DNA of 64,000 nucleotides from Felixounavirus LF110P2: sequence record OZ035782.1; one strand, 5' to 3'. Shown piece by piece: positions 62,677 to 64,000 of this stretch (position 1 is its first letter; each line of letters starts with the position of its first letter). The notes under the pieces were generated by a model. It saw only the letters and a program-made list of their open reading frames with translations, ran no database searches and was not told where the DNA came from. The position numbers and the translations under genes were made by a program.

Positions 62677-63411
62677 ATGAAAGAGATGACAGAACAAGGT
62701 AAGGAGATTTTTAATCTCTTAAAAACTGGTAAAGGGTTTTCTAACCCCCTTATTACTGGTGCAGCAGTTCTCGGTGGAACCGTAGCTGCCTCTACATCAC
62801 TTGTAAGCTCTATTAGTTCTGTATCAGACCCTACAGTAAAAGATAAGCTTGTTGCTGCTGGACTTACAACAGTTCTGCTTAACAGCTTTACCACGAGTCT
62901 GACAAGCACTACATCAACTACCAAAACACTGACAGATTACGGTCAAAAGTCCATTGATGAGTTTTCATCACGTATGCAGGTAGCAAAAGGTTATTCTAAT
63001 GTTATGGGTGCAGCAGGTGAACAAGTTGGCTGTACACCATTTAGTGGTATTATGGGTGTTGCTACAGAGTATGGTCAAAAAGCTATTGATACGATTAACA
63101 GTGCACTAGACGGTGTTAATGATGTATTAAGTGATTTACAAGACGCTATTGACAAAGGTCTTGATACTATTTCTGATTTAGCTAACCAAGCTGTTAGTAA
63201 GATTAATGAAGGTATCTCGAAGATTACAGCTTATGCAGATGAAGTTGTGCAGATGATTGAAGAAGAAGCTGCCCTTATTGCAGAGTACCTTAAAACGAAT
63301 ATCAATGGGTTCTTAGCAGGTATCTTACCAGACTGGTTTGATGATGCTTGTAAAACTGGTGTAATTGACACTATTGCAACACCAGAAATGAAGAGCGCAT
63401 TACAGAAATAA
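62677..63411 (+). CDS. hypothetical Ser/Thr-rich protein
   Basis: Track ORF started inside tRNA-Phe; start moved to ATG 62677 after AAAGGTG; 244 aa. Confidence 0.5.
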   Translation: MKEMTEQGKEIFNLLKTGKGFSNPLITGAAVLGGTVAASTSLVSSISSVSDPTVKDKLVAAGLTTVLLNSFTTSLTSTTSTTKTLTDYGQKSIDEFSSRMQVAKGYSNVMGAAGEQVGCTPFSGIMGVATEYGQKAIDTINSALDGVNDVLSDLQDAIDKGLDTISDLANQAVSKINEGISKITAYADEVVQMIEEEAALIAEYLKTNINGFLAGILPDWFDDACKTGVIDTIATPEMKSALQK

Positions 63412-63412
63412 T

Positions 63413-63505
63413 GGAAGATTAACCCTAAAAGGTAAGGGAGCAGTTTGCTAAACTGCCAGTAGCTGAGAAATCGGTGTACCAGTTCAAGTCTGGTATCTTC
63501 CTCCA
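63413..63505 (+). tRNA. tRNA-Ser (anticodon GCU), long variable arm
   Basis: Acceptor GGAAGAT/ATCTTCC perfect; D-stem CCC/GGG; anticodon stem-loop GCAGT-TTGCTAA-ACTGC perfect; about 21-nt variable arm; T-arm ACCAGTTCAAGTCTGGT; CCA. Confidence 0.7.
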
Positions 63506-63509
63506 ATTT

Positions 63510-63585
63510 GAATCCGTGACAGAAATGGATATGTGCCTGTCTGCAAAACAGGTTTATAAGGGTTCGAGTCCCTTCGGATTCTCCA
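63510..63585 (+). tRNA. tRNA-Cys (anticodon GCA)
   Basis: Acceptor GAATCCG/CGGATTC perfect; anticodon stem-loop CCTGT-CTGCAAA-ACAGG perfect; T-arm AAGGGTTCGAGTCCCTT; CCA. Confidence 0.7.
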
Positions 63586-63623
63586 AGTTATTTTACTCTC
63601 TCTCAATTAAAATAATAATAATG

Positions 63624-63683
63624 CCCTGCTATAAGTATTCTTCCTTTCGCTACCGAAGAGTATTTTTAGACAGGGCTTTTTTA
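63624..63683 (+). terminator. rho-independent terminator ending the tRNA array
   Basis: GCCCTG...CAGGGC stem (with internal structure) followed by TTTTTT. Confidence 0.5.
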
Positions 63684-63758
63684 CAGAGTTATACTTTATA
63701 GGAAGACTTATACAGTATGTCTCTGACGTACATTGTGGTTTCTCCTTGACGGTCTCTG

Positions 63759-63785
63759 TGCCGTCTTTTTTAAGGGGAAACAATA
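63759..63785 (+). terminator. rho-independent terminator
   Basis: GACGG-TCTCTGTG-CCGTC followed by TTTTTTAA. Confidence 0.55.
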
Positions 63786-63807
63786 TTAATTATTTGGAGA
63801 AAACATA

Positions 63808-64000
63808 ATGAGCGAGAACGTTTATAAAGAACTTTATGAAGCTAACAAGAAGTTAGAGTTTATGCAGAACACTATCATGGCAATTGCAGATAGATTATCT
63901 GTAGCAACAGGTATTGATATTAAAGAAGCATCTATGGATGCACTTCTTGATGCTGTTGATGCAAAGTTCGAAGTTAAGAAAGAAGAGACTGCTACAGACT
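63808..64000 (+). CDS. hypothetical protein, N-terminal fragment (3' end outside window)
   Basis: ATG 63808 preceded by GGAGAAAACATA; open to window end. Confidence 0.45.
   Translation, partial: MSENVYKELYEANKKLEFMQNTIMAIADRLSVATGIDIKEASMDALLDAVDAKFEVKKEETATD

Noticed and set aside
63231-63701. ORFs 63231-63506 (minus) and 63474-63701 (plus)
   Set aside because: Both run through tRNA-Ser(GCU) and tRNA-Cys, which have perfect cloverleaf features; the plus ORF starts at GTG inside the tRNA

Overview
AT-rich, gene-dense virulent tailed-phage DNA; no host genes or integrase seen. Layout: (1) 1-1071, 3' end of a tail-fibre gene with His-x-His repeats plus two small membrane proteins; (2) 1108-10480 minus strand, thymidylate synthase, DHFR, ATP-dependent DNA ligase and a family A DNA polymerase with small unknown genes; (3) 10738-40918 plus strand, replication and nucleotide metabolism (dNMP kinase, T7 gp4-like primase-helicase, flap endonuclease, NrdA/NrdB/NrdH, NrdD/NrdG, Prs plus NAMPT, rIIA/rIIB, spanin pair, macro-domain protein) with three HNH and one GIY-YIG nuclease genes; (4) 41190-46200, a tandem array of 12 small genes, each behind a conserved leader cassette with a covarying hairpin; (5) 46200-47830, about 1.6 kb non-coding and packed with short TTGTTAAG-type repeats; (6) 47837-55853 minus strand, unknown genes plus a GH24 endolysin and an Ig-repeat protein; (7) 56246-58115, a vWA-domain protein directly upstream of (8) a roughly 5.3 kb tRNA array (27 tRNA candidates, anticodons for all 20 amino acids) interspersed with conserved structured non-tRNA elements. 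The most interesting candidate is in (7)-(8): a family of four stem-closed elements, one enclosing a circularly permuted tRNA-like domain (Y-RNA/YrlA-like architecture), next to a possible Ro60-like vWA protein. Gene content (family A polymerase, aerobic and anaerobic RNR, td/frd, NAMPT plus Prs, rIIA/B, homing endonucleases, large tRNA cluster) recalls Felix O1-like and T5-like phages, but that placement is inference. Everything was done by eye: protein calls rest on recognised motifs, tRNA boundaries may be off by 1-2 nt, and no database search or folding program was run. The ORF track uses alternative start codons, so several starts were moved to the nearest ATG with a Shine-Dalgarno.
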